Shown piece by piece: positions 29,250 to 39,079 of a DNA stretch of 64,000 nucleotides; the stretch's first letter is position 1, and each line of letters begins with the position of its first letter. Origin of the DNA: Minisyncoccota bacterium (GTDB lineage Bacteria > Patescibacteriota > Minisyncoccia > Phycocordibacterales > UBA9973); the NCBI GenBank assembly GCA_041658325.1, contig JBBAAI010000001.1, forward strand, positions 154,869 through 218,868. The letters run 5' to 3'. Made by a program: the position numbers and the translations under genes. The notes under the pieces were generated by a model. It did no database searches. It was not told the origin of the DNA and saw nothing but the letters and a program-made list of their open reading frames with translations.

Positions 29250-29498
29250 TTATTTAATTGACGAGAATGCGTTACGGAAATCTCCCTTTACTTCAACCCA
29301 ACTTTTTTTGGCAATCTTGAAAATATAAAATATTTCTAAAATTCCCACTGTGTTTAATAAAAGCAATGCCACAAACCATTTCTTTTGGTCGTGTTTTACC
29401 GCTGTCCAAATAGCATAAACCTTCCAAGGGATAGTCCAAAAGAATAATATTAAAACGCCTATAATAAAAAAATTATTTGAATATAATGGGTCGTACAT
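29250..29498 (-). CDS. Small membrane protein (DUF5652-like)
   Basis: WKVYAIWTA..WFVALLLLNTVGILEIFY. Confidence 0.7.
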   Translation of the reverse strand: MYDPLYSNNFFIIGVLILFFWTIPWKVYAIWTAVKHDQKKWFVALLLLNTVGILEIFYIFKIAKKSWVEVKGDFRNAFSSIK

Positions 29499-29543
29499 AT
29501 AAACATAATATCAGAAAAACGTTTTTTATGCTAGTATTTTACT

Positions 29544-29996
29544 ATGGCATTTTCTGGAAGATTTTTGGGTATTGATTATGGGACGAAGAGAATTGGGGTG
29601 GCAGTTTCAGATGAAAACTGCATCCTAGCGTTTCCAAAAGAGATTGTCCAAAATGATAAAAATACTTTTGATAAACTAGGTGAGATAATAAAAAGAGAAA
29701 AAATAGTAGAAATTGTGATCGGAGAGTCAGTAGATTTTTCTGGCAAGCTCAATGCGTTGTCAGGAAGGATTGAAGTTTTTATTTTGGAATTAAAGGAAAA
29801 ATTTAATTTACCCGTACAAAAACAAAAAGAATTTTTAACTTCAGTAGAAGCGAGAAAATCTAAAGAAGGCAAAAAAGATTTGAACAAAACACAAGCACAT
29901 AGCAAAGTAAAACAAATAAAATCTGGCCGAGTAGATGCTGGGGCCGCGGCATTAATTTTACAAAGATATTTAGACAAAAAGAATAAAGGGAATTAA
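29544..29996 (+). CDS. yqgF: YqgF/RuvX family pre-16S rRNA nuclease
   Basis: LGIDYGTKRIGVAVSD, EFLTSVEA, VDAGAAALILQRYLD. Confidence 0.92.
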   Translation: MAFSGRFLGIDYGTKRIGVAVSDENCILAFPKEIVQNDKNTFDKLGEIIKREKIVEIVIGESVDFSGKLNALSGRIEVFILELKEKFNLPVQKQKEFLTSVEARKSKEGKKDLNKTQAHSKVKQIKSGRVDAGAAALILQRYLDKKNKGN

Positions 29997-30000
29997 AAAT

Positions 30001-30330
30001 ATGATAAACATAGAAGATTTTAAAAAAGTTGAGATTGTTGTTGGAAAAATTTTATCTGCAGAAAAAGTTCCTGAAACAGATAAATTATTAAAGCTATCTG
30101 TTGATTTGGGTGAAATTTCTCCACGGCAAATAGTTTCAGGGATTTCCTTATATTTCCCAGATTGTTCTGTTTTGGTTGGTAAAAAATGTATGTTTGTGGC
30201 TAATCTAGAAACTAGAGTAATTCGTGGCTTGGAAAGTCATGGAATGATCTTGGCAGTTTCTACTGAAGATGGTAAATTTTCTCTCTTAGAGCCAAATGGC
30301 GAAATCCCTATCGGTGCGCATGCAAAATAA
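30001..30330 (+). CDS. Stand-alone tRNA-binding OB-fold protein (MetRS C-terminal/Trbp111-like)
   Basis: IEDFKKVEIVVGKI, DKLLKL, RQIVSGI, ESHGMILA. Confidence 0.88.
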   Translation: MINIEDFKKVEIVVGKILSAEKVPETDKLLKLSVDLGEISPRQIVSGISLYFPDCSVLVGKKCMFVANLETRVIRGLESHGMILAVSTEDGKFSLLEPNGEIPIGAHAK

Positions 30331-30365
30331 TGGCGATAAAAAGATAGATATCGTATAATATTAGT

Positions 30366-31460
30366 ATGTTTAGGAATTCATTTAATAAATTTTTTCTCAG
30401 ATTTTTTCCTGCACCCAATTTTCTAATGGCTCCTTCTTTTGGTTTAGATATTTCAGATGAGTCATTAAAGTTTGTGGAGCTCGTGACGACAAAAAACGGC
30501 ATTAGAACGGGAAGATATGGAGAACGTAAAATTCCGGTTGGTATTATTGAATCAGGTAAAATAAAAAACCCAGCAAAACTAAAAGAAGTTTTACTTTCAT
30601 TGCGAAAAGAAGAAGGGATGAAGTTTGTGCGAGTTTCTTTGCCAGAAGAACAGGTGTATCTATTTGCTCTTCGGTTGGAAAAAGCAGGCTTAAAAAATCT
30701 TAGAGAGGGAATTGAGCTTGCCCTTGAAGAACATATTCCGATATCAGCTCAAGATGCCATTTTTGATTATGATTTGATTAATGAGGATGCACAAAGTTTA
30801 GAAGTTCAGGTTGCTGCTATCCCTAAAAATGTAATTGAAAACTACCTTTCTGTTTTTAGAGATTCTTTGATGTCAGTTCAATCTCTCGAACTTGAAGCTC
30901 AAGCCATTTCTCGGGCTGTTATCAAAAAAAATGACTTAGAAACTTATATGATTGTAGATTTTGGTCAAACTCGCACGGGTATTTTTATTATTTCTCGAGG
31001 TGTTGTAGTTTTTACGTCTACTCTTGATGTTGGTGGAGCTTTGCTGAATAATATGATTCAAAAAAATTTCAATATAAGTTTTGAAGAGGCGGAAAAAATG
31101 AAGCGACAATATGGTCTTCAGCGCAATGTGGAGAATAAAGAAATATTCGCAGTGCTTTTAAATAGTGTCTCTATTTTACGTGACGAAATAGATAAACATT
31201 ATTTATATTGGCATACACATAAGAACGAAGAAGGGAAAAATTATCCACCCATTAAAAAAATAATTCTTTGTGGGGGAGACTCCAATCTTATAGGTCTTTC
31301 TGAGTACTTGTCTGTTAGTATGAAAAGTAAAGTAGAAATGGCGAATGTTTGGATCAACATAACAGAAACAGAAAAATCTGTTCCAGAAATAAGTTTTGAC
31401 CAGTCACTTGCTTTTGCGTCTGCTTTAGGGCTTGCGTTAGGGGATTTTGATTATGATTAA
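30366..31460 (+). CDS. pilM: Type IV pilus assembly protein PilM
   Basis: FGLDIS, actin-like fold motifs VDFGQTRT and LCGGDSNL, ALGLAL. Confidence 0.88.
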   Translation: MFRNSFNKFFLRFFPAPNFLMAPSFGLDISDESLKFVELVTTKNGIRTGRYGERKIPVGIIESGKIKNPAKLKEVLLSLRKEEGMKFVRVSLPEEQVYLFALRLEKAGLKNLREGIELALEEHIPISAQDAIFDYDLINEDAQSLEVQVAAIPKNVIENYLSVFRDSLMSVQSLELEAQAISRAVIKKNDLETYMIVDFGQTRTGIFIISRGVVVFTSTLDVGGALLNNMIQKNFNISFEEAEKMKRQYGLQRNVENKEIFAVLLNSVSILRDEIDKHYLYWHTHKNEEGKNYPPIKKIILCGGDSNLIGLSEYLSVSMKSKVEMANVWINITETEKSVPEISFDQSLAFASALGLALGDFDYD

Positions 31461-31995
31461 TTTAATTCCAAATCAAGAAAAGAAAAAGAGAGTAAAAGAT
31501 TTTTATCTTAGGCTTGTTGTCGTGTGTTTTGTTTTGTTAAGTTTTTGTGTTCTCATTGGTTCTGTTTCTATTTTACCATCTTATTTTCTTTCTTCTGTTA
31601 ATAAAAACCTAGCTAATAAAAGACTAGAGGCACAAAAAAAAGAGCCCGTTCCTTTGATTGACCAGAGTTCTCTTCTTATGATAGAAGATTTAAATAAAAA
31701 ATTAAGTCTGATTGAAAATGCTGAAAAAAATAAATATCCTATATCCCAGAAAGTGATAAATGAAATAATTCTAAAAAAAATGGCTGATATTAAAATCAAT
31801 CAAATTACTTATAAAAACAGTACTTTAGATGGTAAAAAAATAACTATCCGTGGAATGGCTCCAAGTCGTGAACGATTATTGTTGTTTCGTCGTGCTCTCG
31901 AAGATAATTCCGTTTTTAAAAAAGTTGATTTACCAATTTCAAGTTTTGTAAAGGGTTTTAATATAGAATTTAGTTTGACCCTAATTCCTTCTTAA
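31453..31995 (+). CDS. PilN-like type IV pilus assembly protein
   Basis: N-terminal INLIP motif plus TM helix, follows pilM. Confidence 0.8.
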   Translation: MINLIPNQEKKKRVKDFYLRLVVVCFVLLSFCVLIGSVSILPSYFLSSVNKNLANKRLEAQKKEPVPLIDQSSLLMIEDLNKKLSLIENAEKNKYPISQKVINEIILKKMADIKINQITYKNSTLDGKKITIRGMAPSRERLLLFRRALEDNSVFKKVDLPISSFVKGFNIEFSLTLIPS

Positions 31996-32000
31996 ATAAT

Positions 32001-32558
32001 ATGAAAAGTAATCCTTACAATTCTCCAAATTTTAAAAAAAAGCCGTTGATTATTTCAATAGTTTTTCTTTTGTTTTCTTGTCTTGCTTTCTTTTTTTTAT
32101 ATAAAGAAATTAATAATAATAAAAAGATTGAAGAATTAGCCCAAACAGAGTGGCAGAACGAAGCAAACAGGCGCGAGGGAATAAAATTACTGGATCGTTC
32201 AATTAAAACCATAAGCGAAGAGAGAGCTTCACTGGAATCCCACTTTGCGCAAAGTTCCGATGTTGTCCCTTTTTTGGATACTCTGGAAAAATTAGCATTT
32301 TCTGTTGGAGCTAAGCATGAAGTTGTTTCAGTTGATATTTCGGAAGACAAAACTGGACTTTCTGTTGGGCTGAAAGCCTCAGGTAGTTTTGAAGTAATTT
32401 ATAAATTTTTAACACTTTTAGAAAATTCCCCATATGAATTAGAATTTACTTCAGTTGATATTCAAAAACTAGAAACACAAACTATTTCTGCAAAAAAAGT
32501 TGTTGTTCCACAATGGGGGGCTGTTTTTAAAATAAAACTTTTAAGCTTTGTTCTGTAA
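32001..32558 (+). CDS. PilO-like type IV pilus assembly protein
   Basis: TM helix, coiled coil, GSFEVIYKFLTLLEN; follows pilN. Confidence 0.75.
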   Translation: MKSNPYNSPNFKKKPLIISIVFLLFSCLAFFFLYKEINNNKKIEELAQTEWQNEANRREGIKLLDRSIKTISEERASLESHFAQSSDVVPFLDTLEKLAFSVGAKHEVVSVDISEDKTGLSVGLKASGSFEVIYKFLTLLENSPYELEFTSVDIQKLETQTISAKKVVVPQWGAVFKIKLLSFVL

Positions 32559-32589
32559 GTTGGTTGCGTAAATTTTTTAGTAAAAATAC

Positions 32590-32898
32590 ATGAAAATAAA
32601 AATATTTAAAAATAAAAAAAGTTTTAAAAAAGGAGGAGTTCATACTAGTCCGAACACTATTTGGGGATTTGTTCTTTGCGCGGCCTTTGGTTTAACGCTT
32701 ATGTTTTTTATTTTTGGAGCTTATCTTTTTATCCAAACAAAACAAGAATTCGTTTTGCCAGCCACGAATGAAAATGGGCAAGCTCCAAAAGTGAACAAGG
32801 AACGTATTTTAAAAGTATTAAATTATTTTTTTGAAAGAGAAAAAAAATCGGTTGAAATTTTAAACTCTCCATCACCCATCGTTGACCCGTCACTATAA
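32590..32898 (+). CDS. Hypothetical single-TM protein (pil cluster)
   Basis: 102 aa ORF, one TM helix, C-terminal DP motif; follows pilMNO. Confidence 0.6.
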   Translation: MKIKIFKNKKSFKKGGVHTSPNTIWGFVLCAAFGLTLMFFIFGAYLFIQTKQEFVLPATNENGQAPKVNKERILKVLNYFFEREKKSVEILNSPSPIVDPSL

Positions 32899-32903
32899 AA
32901 TTT

Positions 32904-32978
32904 TGGTGCCCTTGGTAGGAATCGAACCTACATCAAGGCCTTAGAAGAGCCTCGTTCTATCCATTGAACTACAAGGGC
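32904..32978 (-). tRNA. tRNA-Arg(TCT)
   Basis: Anticodon loop CTTCTAA, encoded CCA. Confidence 0.95.
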
Positions 32979-32982
32979 AGGG

Positions 32983-33055
32983 TGCGCGGTAAGGGACTCG
33001 AACCCCTGACCTTCCCGGTGTAAACGGGTTGCTCTACCAACTGAGCTAACCGCGC
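32983..33055 (-). tRNA. tRNA-Val(TAC)
   Basis: GCGCGGT acceptor, anticodon loop TTTACAC. Confidence 0.95.
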
Positions 33056-33103
33056 AGAAAACGAACGCTTGTAATTGTAGAACATTTTTACTAAGATTTC
33101 AAT

Positions 33104-33805
33104 ATGAAAATAAAAATCTTATACGAAGACCCTAATATTTTAGCGATAGACAAACCATCTGGTATTTCGGTGCATGGAGATGGACGAAGCAAGAAAAAAA
33201 CGATTGCTGATTGGATTTTAAAAAATTACCCAAAAATGAAAAACGTGGGGGAACCCATGGAAGGAATTCCACGTCCTGGTATTGTTCATAGATTAGACAA
33301 TGAAACTTCTGGAGTTTTACTTTTAGCAAAAAATGAAAAAGCATATCAGTTTTTGAAAAGTCAATTCAAAAACAGAGAAATTAAGAAAACTTATTTGGCT
33401 ATTATTTCTGGCCATGTAAAAAATGATAGAGGGATAATTAATAAGCTGATTGGCCGAAGTCCTAAAGATTTTCGTCGACATTTGGCTGGTCGTGGAGCGA
33501 GAGGTGAGATGCGTGAAGCCATTACAGAATATAAAGTTTTAAAAAGACTTGAGATTTTGCATAGTAAATTTACTTATTTAGAAATAAAACCTAAAACTGG
33601 TCGAACACATCAGATTCGTGTGCATATGAAGTATTTAAATCATCCTGTGGTTTGCGATTCTCTTTATAATCCTAGTGCGCCTTGTCCAAAAGAAATAAAA
33701 CGATTAGCACTTCACGCGAAATCCATAGAATTTAAAAATTTGAAAGGGGAGACAGTAAAAGTAGAATCACCAGTGCCAAAAGAATTCATAAAATTGCAAA
33801 AATAA
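33104..33805 (+). CDS. RluA/RluD family pseudouridine synthase
   Basis: DKPSG, GIVHRLDNETSG, TGRTHQIRVH, LHA. Confidence 0.93.
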   Translation: MKIKILYEDPNILAIDKPSGISVHGDGRSKKKTIADWILKNYPKMKNVGEPMEGIPRPGIVHRLDNETSGVLLLAKNEKAYQFLKSQFKNREIKKTYLAIISGHVKNDRGIINKLIGRSPKDFRRHLAGRGARGEMREAITEYKVLKRLEILHSKFTYLEIKPKTGRTHQIRVHMKYLNHPVVCDSLYNPSAPCPKEIKRLALHAKSIEFKNLKGETVKVESPVPKEFIKLQK

Positions 33806-33831
33806 AGCGTTTGTGTTAAATTAAACCCACT

Positions 33832-34239
33832 ATGGCAGGAAATAAAATCACAAAAATAAAATTTAGCCCGGTAGATATTGAAGAGCGAAAGAAGCTTGAT
33901 TTCAAAGCGGGGGACACTGTTAATGTTTCTTCTAAAATTCTTGATGAAAAAGGTAAATATCGTTTGCAGTCTTTCGAAGGAATTGTGTTAGCAAGAAAAC
34001 ACGGCAAAGAGGCAGGAGCTACTTTTACTGTTCGCAAGGTTGCTTCTGGAGTAGGAATAGAAAGAATTTTTCCGCTTTATTCTCCGATGATAGAAAAGGT
34101 TGAAATAACCAAAAGATCTCGTGCTCGTAGGTCAAAATTGTATTATATTCGTACTAAAGCTGTAAAAGACGTTCGCCGAAAAATGCGTTCTGTTGTAAAT
34201 AAAGTAGAAACAATAGAACCAGAAGTGGTGGAAAAATAA
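33832..34239 (+). CDS. rplS: 50S ribosomal protein L19
   Basis: FKAGDTV, TFTVRKVASGVGIERIFP, RRSKLYYIR. Confidence 0.96.
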   Translation: MAGNKITKIKFSPVDIEERKKLDFKAGDTVNVSSKILDEKGKYRLQSFEGIVLARKHGKEAGATFTVRKVASGVGIERIFPLYSPMIEKVEITKRSRARRSKLYYIRTKAVKDVRRKMRSVVNKVETIEPEVVEK

Positions 34240-34251
34240 AGCAATTTTTTT

Positions 34252-34335
34252 GCCCAGGTGGCGAAACTGGTAGACGTACTACCTTGAGGTGGTAGCGCCC
34301 GCAAGGGCATGGGAGTTCAAATCTCCCCCTGGGCA
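34252..34335 (+). tRNA. tRNA-Leu(GAG)
   Basis: CTACC-TTGAGGT-GGTAG anticodon arm, long variable arm. Confidence 0.95.
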
Positions 34336-34473
34336 CAAAAGCGAAGCTTTTGTGGGTCCGCAGCGCGACGGCGCGAGGAGCGGGCTGCGAAATTTTTCAG
34401 CAGAAAAATATTTGTGGTCAAAAATAATTTGAGTAGCATTTCTCTATATTTTTTGTTATAAATAACCACACAT

Positions 34474-34546
34474 GGTGCCTATAGTGTAATGGTTAGCACT
34501 AGAGCTTGTGGAGCTCTCGGTCAGGGTTCGAATCCCTGTAGGCACC
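34474..34546 (+). tRNA. tRNA-His(GTG)
   Basis: G-1:C73 pair, AGAGC-TTGTGGA-GCTCT anticodon arm. Confidence 0.93.
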
Positions 34547-34579
34547 CATTTTTCTTTTTATTTTGTATAATATAAATAT

Positions 34580-35968
34580 ATGAAAGAAATAAAATTATTT
34601 CCGGAACCAATTTCTTTTAGAAAACTTATCGGTCCGAGTTTCATTATTCTTGCTCTCGGACTCGGATCTGGGGAAGTTATTTTGTGGCCATATCTTGCGG
34701 CCAATTATGGTTTAGGTATTGCTTGGGGAGCGATTTTGGGAATTACTTTTCAGTATTTTATGAATATGGAAATAGAACGCTATGCTCTCGTAAAAGGCGA
34801 GAGTGTTTTTGTCGGCATTTATAAATTATGGAAGCCCGCGGTCTATTGGTTTATTGTTTCTACTTTTATTGGCTTTGGTTTGCCGGGGATCGTCGCTGCT
34901 TCAGCGAAAGTTATGTCTAGTGTTCTCGGAATTGCTGATTTTAAATGGGTAGCAATTTTATTTTTGATAATTGCTGGACTTATTTTAAGTATGGGCAAGA
35001 CGGTTTATGGAATGATGGAGCGATTGACCAAAATTATTATTATGATCGGCGTCCCTTTTATATTTTTACTAGCTGTTTTTTTGGCCACAAAAACTGATTG
35101 GTCTGCGCTATTTGGCGGGTTAATCGGCAAAGGAGAAGGGTTTTGGTTTTTACCTGAAGGGATAAGTATTGCGACATTTCTTGCCGCCTTTGCGTACTCG
35201 GGTGCCGGTGGAAATTTAAATTTAACTCAATCGATTTACATAAAAGAAAAAGGTTACGGTATGGGAATTTACTCACAAAAAATTGCTAGCTTGTTTTCTA
35301 AAGAAAAAGATCAAGAAATTGTTTTAGACGGTACGGACTGCGCGGGGACAGAAGAAGACGTCAGTCGTTTCAAAAAATGGTGGAAACTGATTAGCATCGA
35401 ACATGCTTTTGTTTTTTGGTTTTTAGGTGCTATTTCTATGATTTTTTTAATGCTTTTGTCTTATGCCACTACTCACGGTTTGGCTGGAAATGTCGAGGGA
35501 ATAAATTTTGTTATAAACGAAGGAAGAGTTATCGGCGAAATTATTTTACCATCTGTCGGAGTGTTGTTTTTGGTGGTAGTTTCTATAATGTTATTTCAAA
35601 CACATTTGGGTGTCACAGATTCCACTTCTCGTATCATGGCGGAGAATTTAGCAATTAGAAAAGTGCACGGGAAAGAAGGAGTAAAAATTAATCTTTCTAG
35701 GATATATTATATTTTTGTTTGGGCACAGATTATTTTTGGAATAATTTTGTTTCTATTTAATTTTTATGAACCGAAAACACTAATAGTTTTAGGCGCAGTG
35801 ATTAACGCTTTTGCTATGTTTGTGCACTTGGCTTTAGTCTTTTGGCTCAATCACAAGAGCTTGCCGAAAGTTTTCCGCCCAACTGTGTTACGAAAGATAA
35901 TAATCGGAATTATCTTTATTTTCTTTGGAGTTTTTAGTTTTATTGTGCTGAAAGATAAGTTGTTTTAA
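34580..35968 (+). CDS. Nramp-like/APC superfamily transporter
   Basis: GPSFIILALGLGSGE, about 11 TM helices. Confidence 0.75.
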   Translation: MKEIKLFPEPISFRKLIGPSFIILALGLGSGEVILWPYLAANYGLGIAWGAILGITFQYFMNMEIERYALVKGESVFVGIYKLWKPAVYWFIVSTFIGFGLPGIVAASAKVMSSVLGIADFKWVAILFLIIAGLILSMGKTVYGMMERLTKIIIMIGVPFIFLLAVFLATKTDWSALFGGLIGKGEGFWFLPEGISIATFLAAFAYSGAGGNLNLTQSIYIKEKGYGMGIYSQKIASLFSKEKDQEIVLDGTDCAGTEEDVSRFKKWWKLISIEHAFVFWFLGAISMIFLMLLSYATTHGLAGNVEGINFVINEGRVIGEIILPSVGVLFLVVVSIMLFQTHLGVTDSTSRIMAENLAIRKVHGKEGVKINLSRIYYIFVWAQIIFGIILFLFNFYEPKTLIVLGAVINAFAMFVHLALVFWLNHKSLPKVFRPTVLRKIIIGIIFIFFGVFSFIVLKDKLF

Positions 35969-35979
35969 AAACTTTTAAG

Positions 35980-36393
35980 TTATTTTTTCTCTTCCACCTC
36001 TTTATCTATATGTTCTAGTTTTTCTTCCACTCTTTTTAGAGTTTTTTGTAGATTTTTGAGTTGCATTTCTTCTGTTTCAAGTTCAGCTTCTTCTTTTTCT
36101 TCTATTTTTCTTTCCCCAACTAAGCCAGAAATAATGAGTTTACTTCCCACAAAAGCAGAAACGAATATTCCTGTCATAAGAAGCATGATACTCCCTATTA
36201 CCAATGAGGTAATTGAGCTGATGCTTATGTCGTCTGCAATATGCCAAACACCGCGCCAGAACAACACTACTCCGATGCCTCCAATAAACGCATAAAGAAT
36301 AGGATAATGGCTTAATTTTCCCCTTATTTTATTTTCCAACTTATCAAAAAATTTAATAATATTTTTTATTAGCATATAGTCTATATAATACAC
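35980..36393 (-). CDS. Hypothetical membrane protein with C-terminal coiled coil
   Basis: GVVLFWRGVW, two TM helices; true start may be a few codons downstream. Confidence 0.7.
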   Translation of the reverse strand: MYYIDYMLIKNIIKFFDKLENKIRGKLSHYPILYAFIGGIGVVLFWRGVWHIADDISISSITSLVIGSIMLLMTGIFVSAFVGSKLIISGLVGERKIEEKEEAELETEEMQLKNLQKTLKRVEEKLEHIDKEVEEKK

Positions 36394-36488
36394 TAAATTA
36401 TGCTAGTATAAAAGGACGTGTCCCGTACTAAATTTTTGATTACGGGGCGTAAAAGTAAAAGATTATTAATTAAAATTTTAGTACCGGG

Positions 36489-36935
36489 ATGAAAAAAGTT
36501 TCAAAAAATGTGAAAGAAACAATGGAAATAGCTAAGATTTTTCTTGAAAAAATTCTGAAAGAAAAAAAAATCACAAAAGACGCAACGGTAGTTTGCCTTT
36601 CTGGTAATTTAGGCGCGGGTAAAACAGCCTTTACTCAAGGGATAGCAAAATGTTTAGGAGTAAAAAATAAAGTTGTTAGCCCTACTTTTGTTATATTCAA
36701 AAAATACCCAATAAAAACGAAAAAACATAAATTTTTGTACCACATGGATGCCTATCGTTTAAAAAACAAAAAAGAGCTGCTACCCCTAGGGTGGAAAGAA
36801 ATTATTGGCAACGATGAGCACTTAGTTTTTATTGAATGGCCAGAAAATATCAACAAGGCAATTCCCAAAAATGCTAAATATATTTATATTTCCAATAATA
36901 AAAATGAAGAAAGAATTTTAGAATTAAAAGCATGA
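36489..36935 (+). CDS. tsaE: tRNA t6A biosynthesis ATPase TsaE
   Basis: GNLGAGKT, SPTF, HMDAYRL, IEWPE. Confidence 0.95.
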   Translation: MKKVSKNVKETMEIAKIFLEKILKEKKITKDATVVCLSGNLGAGKTAFTQGIAKCLGVKNKVVSPTFVIFKKYPIKTKKHKFLYHMDAYRLKNKKELLPLGWKEIIGNDEHLVFIEWPENINKAIPKNAKYIYISNNKNEERILELKA

Positions 36936-37435
36936 ATCTTTTTGAGGATGAAAAATTAATTGAAACGCTTTCTCGTGGTGGGGTAGTGGTTATGCCGACT
37001 GACACTATTTATGGAATTGTGGGACAAGCGCTCGATCAAGAAACCGTTAAGCGGATTTATGAGATTAAAAAAAGAGCGCCGGAAAAAAAATGCATCATTT
37101 TGATCGGTGATTGGAGCGAGACAAATAAATTCGGGATTGATGTCTCTCAGTTTAAAATTCCTGAATATGAGGAACCGACCAGTTTTATTATCGAAAACAT
37201 TGCCTTTCGTGTGCCTGTGCAGGCAGGTTTGCGGGATTTATTAAAAAAAACAGGCCCACTTATCGTTCCATCGGCCAACCCTGAAGGACTACCTCCGGCA
37301 GAGAATATTGCAGAAGCCAAAAATTATTTTGGCGACGAGGTGGACTTATATATAGATGGAGGCACGATAACAGGAAAAGCGTCTAAGCTTATTAAATTGC
37401 ATAAAGATGGGTCTGTTAGTATACTTAGGGAGTAA
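36932..37435 (+). CDS. tsaC: Threonylcarbamoyl-AMP synthase (TsaC/Sua5)
   Basis: PTDTIYG, IYEIKKR, SANPEG. Confidence 0.9.
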   Translation: MNLFEDEKLIETLSRGGVVVMPTDTIYGIVGQALDQETVKRIYEIKKRAPEKKCIILIGDWSETNKFGIDVSQFKIPEYEEPTSFIIENIAFRVPVQAGLRDLLKKTGPLIVPSANPEGLPPAENIAEAKNYFGDEVDLYIDGGTITGKASKLIKLHKDGSVSILRE

Positions 37436-37460
37436 CAGCATAATATCTAATATAAAAAAT

Positions 37461-37991
37461 ATGTCACAAAATAATGATTTTTTTTCTTCTTTAGTCCCAA
37501 ACGAAAAAAGAGAACAGAGGAAAGAAATTTTTAAGAGTATAAAAGCAAAGACCGATGCAGAAAGAACAATGCCAGAAAAAATTGCCGACTGGATGACTTC
37601 AAATTTTGGCAGTATGACCTTTTTACTTATAAATGTCTGCATATTTATTGCCTGGATAGTGATTAACATAATTGAAATAGAAACAGTTCCTTCTTTTGAT
37701 CCCTTTCCCTTTAATCTTCTAACTACTTTTGTCTCGCTGGAGGCCATCATCCTAGCTATTTTCGTGCTCATTTCGCAGAATCGCAGCGCTAAAATAGCAG
37801 ATCTAAGAGAAGAAACTCAATTACAATTAGATCTTGTTTCGGAAAGAGAAATTACCGAGCTTATTAAAATGCTAATTGTTCTATTAGAAAAACAAGGGAT
37901 AGATTTATCAAAGAACCTCGAAATTAAAAAAATGATTCTCCCGCTCAACGAGGAAGAAATAGAAAAAAAATTGGAAAAAGAAATTTTGTAA
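37461..37991 (+). CDS. DUF1003-like membrane protein
   Basis: FDPFPFNLL..SLEAI..VLISQNR. Confidence 0.8.
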   Translation: MSQNNDFFSSLVPNEKREQRKEIFKSIKAKTDAERTMPEKIADWMTSNFGSMTFLLINVCIFIAWIVINIIEIETVPSFDPFPFNLLTTFVSLEAIILAIFVLISQNRSAKIADLREETQLQLDLVSEREITELIKMLIVLLEKQGIDLSKNLEIKKMILPLNEEEIEKKLEKEIL

Positions 37992-39025
37992 TGGAAATTT
38001 TACGAGATTATAACTTATCTGAATTAAACACTTTCGGCATAAAAGTTAATGCAAAATTTTTTATAGAAATAGCTTCTGAAAAAGATTTAACAGAACTTTT
38101 TAACTCGCCAGAATTTAGGCAAAACGAAAAACTATTTTTAGGAGGAGGAAGCAATGTTCTATTTACCAAAGATTTTGAGGGAATAGTTGTTTTAAATAAA
38201 ATAAAAGGAATAGAAATTCTTAAAGAAGATTCTGAAAATGTTCTTGTCCGGGCGATGGGTGGAGAAATTTGGCACGACCTTGTAATGTTTGCGGTAAATC
38301 GTGGATATTGGGGTATTGAAAATTTATCGCTTATTCCTGGCACTGTCGGGGCTGCACCGGTACAAAATATCGGGGCCTATGGTGTTGAAATTAAAGATGT
38401 TTTAGAAAACGTTGAAGCTTTTGAAGTTGAGACAGGCATAAAAAAATTTTTTAGTAAAGAAGAATGTGGATTAGATTATCGAGACAGTATTTTTAAAAAT
38501 AAAGCTAAAGGAAAATATTTTATTTCAGCAATAACTGTAAAATTAGGAAAAATAAATAAAAAAAATGTCGAATATAAATCACTCAAAGAATATTTAGAAA
38601 AAAATAGAATTGAAATTCACAACCCAAAGGATGTAAGCGATGTGGTAGTGGCTATCCGTCAAGATAAATTGCCAGATCCAAAGATCTTAGGCAATGCCGG
38701 CAGTTTTTTCAAAAATGTTTATGTGGACGAAATTAAATTAAAAACGCTGCAAGAAAAATTCTCAGATATTCCATTTTTTAGAGAAGGAGCGGGAATAAAA
38801 ATTCCGGCTGGTTGGCTCGTAGAACAATGCGGCCCACACCACGGCGGGGCAAGCTGGAAGGAAAAGAGAATAGGTAATGTTGGCGTTTACGAAAAACAGG
38901 CTTTAGTGTTGGTAAATTACGGCGGAGCAAGTGGGGAAGAACTTGTAGAATTAGCTAAGAATATTATTGTGTCCGTTGAAGAAAAATTTAGCCTTGAATT
39001 GGTGCCAGAAGTCAATATTGTGTAA
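37991..39025 (+). CDS. murB: UDP-N-acetylmuramate dehydrogenase
   Basis: LGGGSNVLF, IPGTVGAAPVQNIGAYG, GNAGSFFKN, EVN. Confidence 0.96.
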   Translation: MEILRDYNLSELNTFGIKVNAKFFIEIASEKDLTELFNSPEFRQNEKLFLGGGSNVLFTKDFEGIVVLNKIKGIEILKEDSENVLVRAMGGEIWHDLVMFAVNRGYWGIENLSLIPGTVGAAPVQNIGAYGVEIKDVLENVEAFEVETGIKKFFSKEECGLDYRDSIFKNKAKGKYFISAITVKLGKINKKNVEYKSLKEYLEKNRIEIHNPKDVSDVVVAIRQDKLPDPKILGNAGSFFKNVYVDEIKLKTLQEKFSDIPFFREGAGIKIPAGWLVEQCGPHHGGASWKEKRIGNVGVYEKQALVLVNYGGASGEELVELAKNIIVSVEEKFSLELVPEVNIV

Positions 39026-39079
39026 ATAAGAAATGAGGTATAATAGGGTTATTAATAATCTAATTAAATTTTTTAAGTT

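Noticed and set aside
28447-34546. Prophage or integrative element at the tRNA genes
   Set aside because: No integrase, no duplicated tRNA 3' end and no phage genes; the flanking genes are ordinary chromosomal ones
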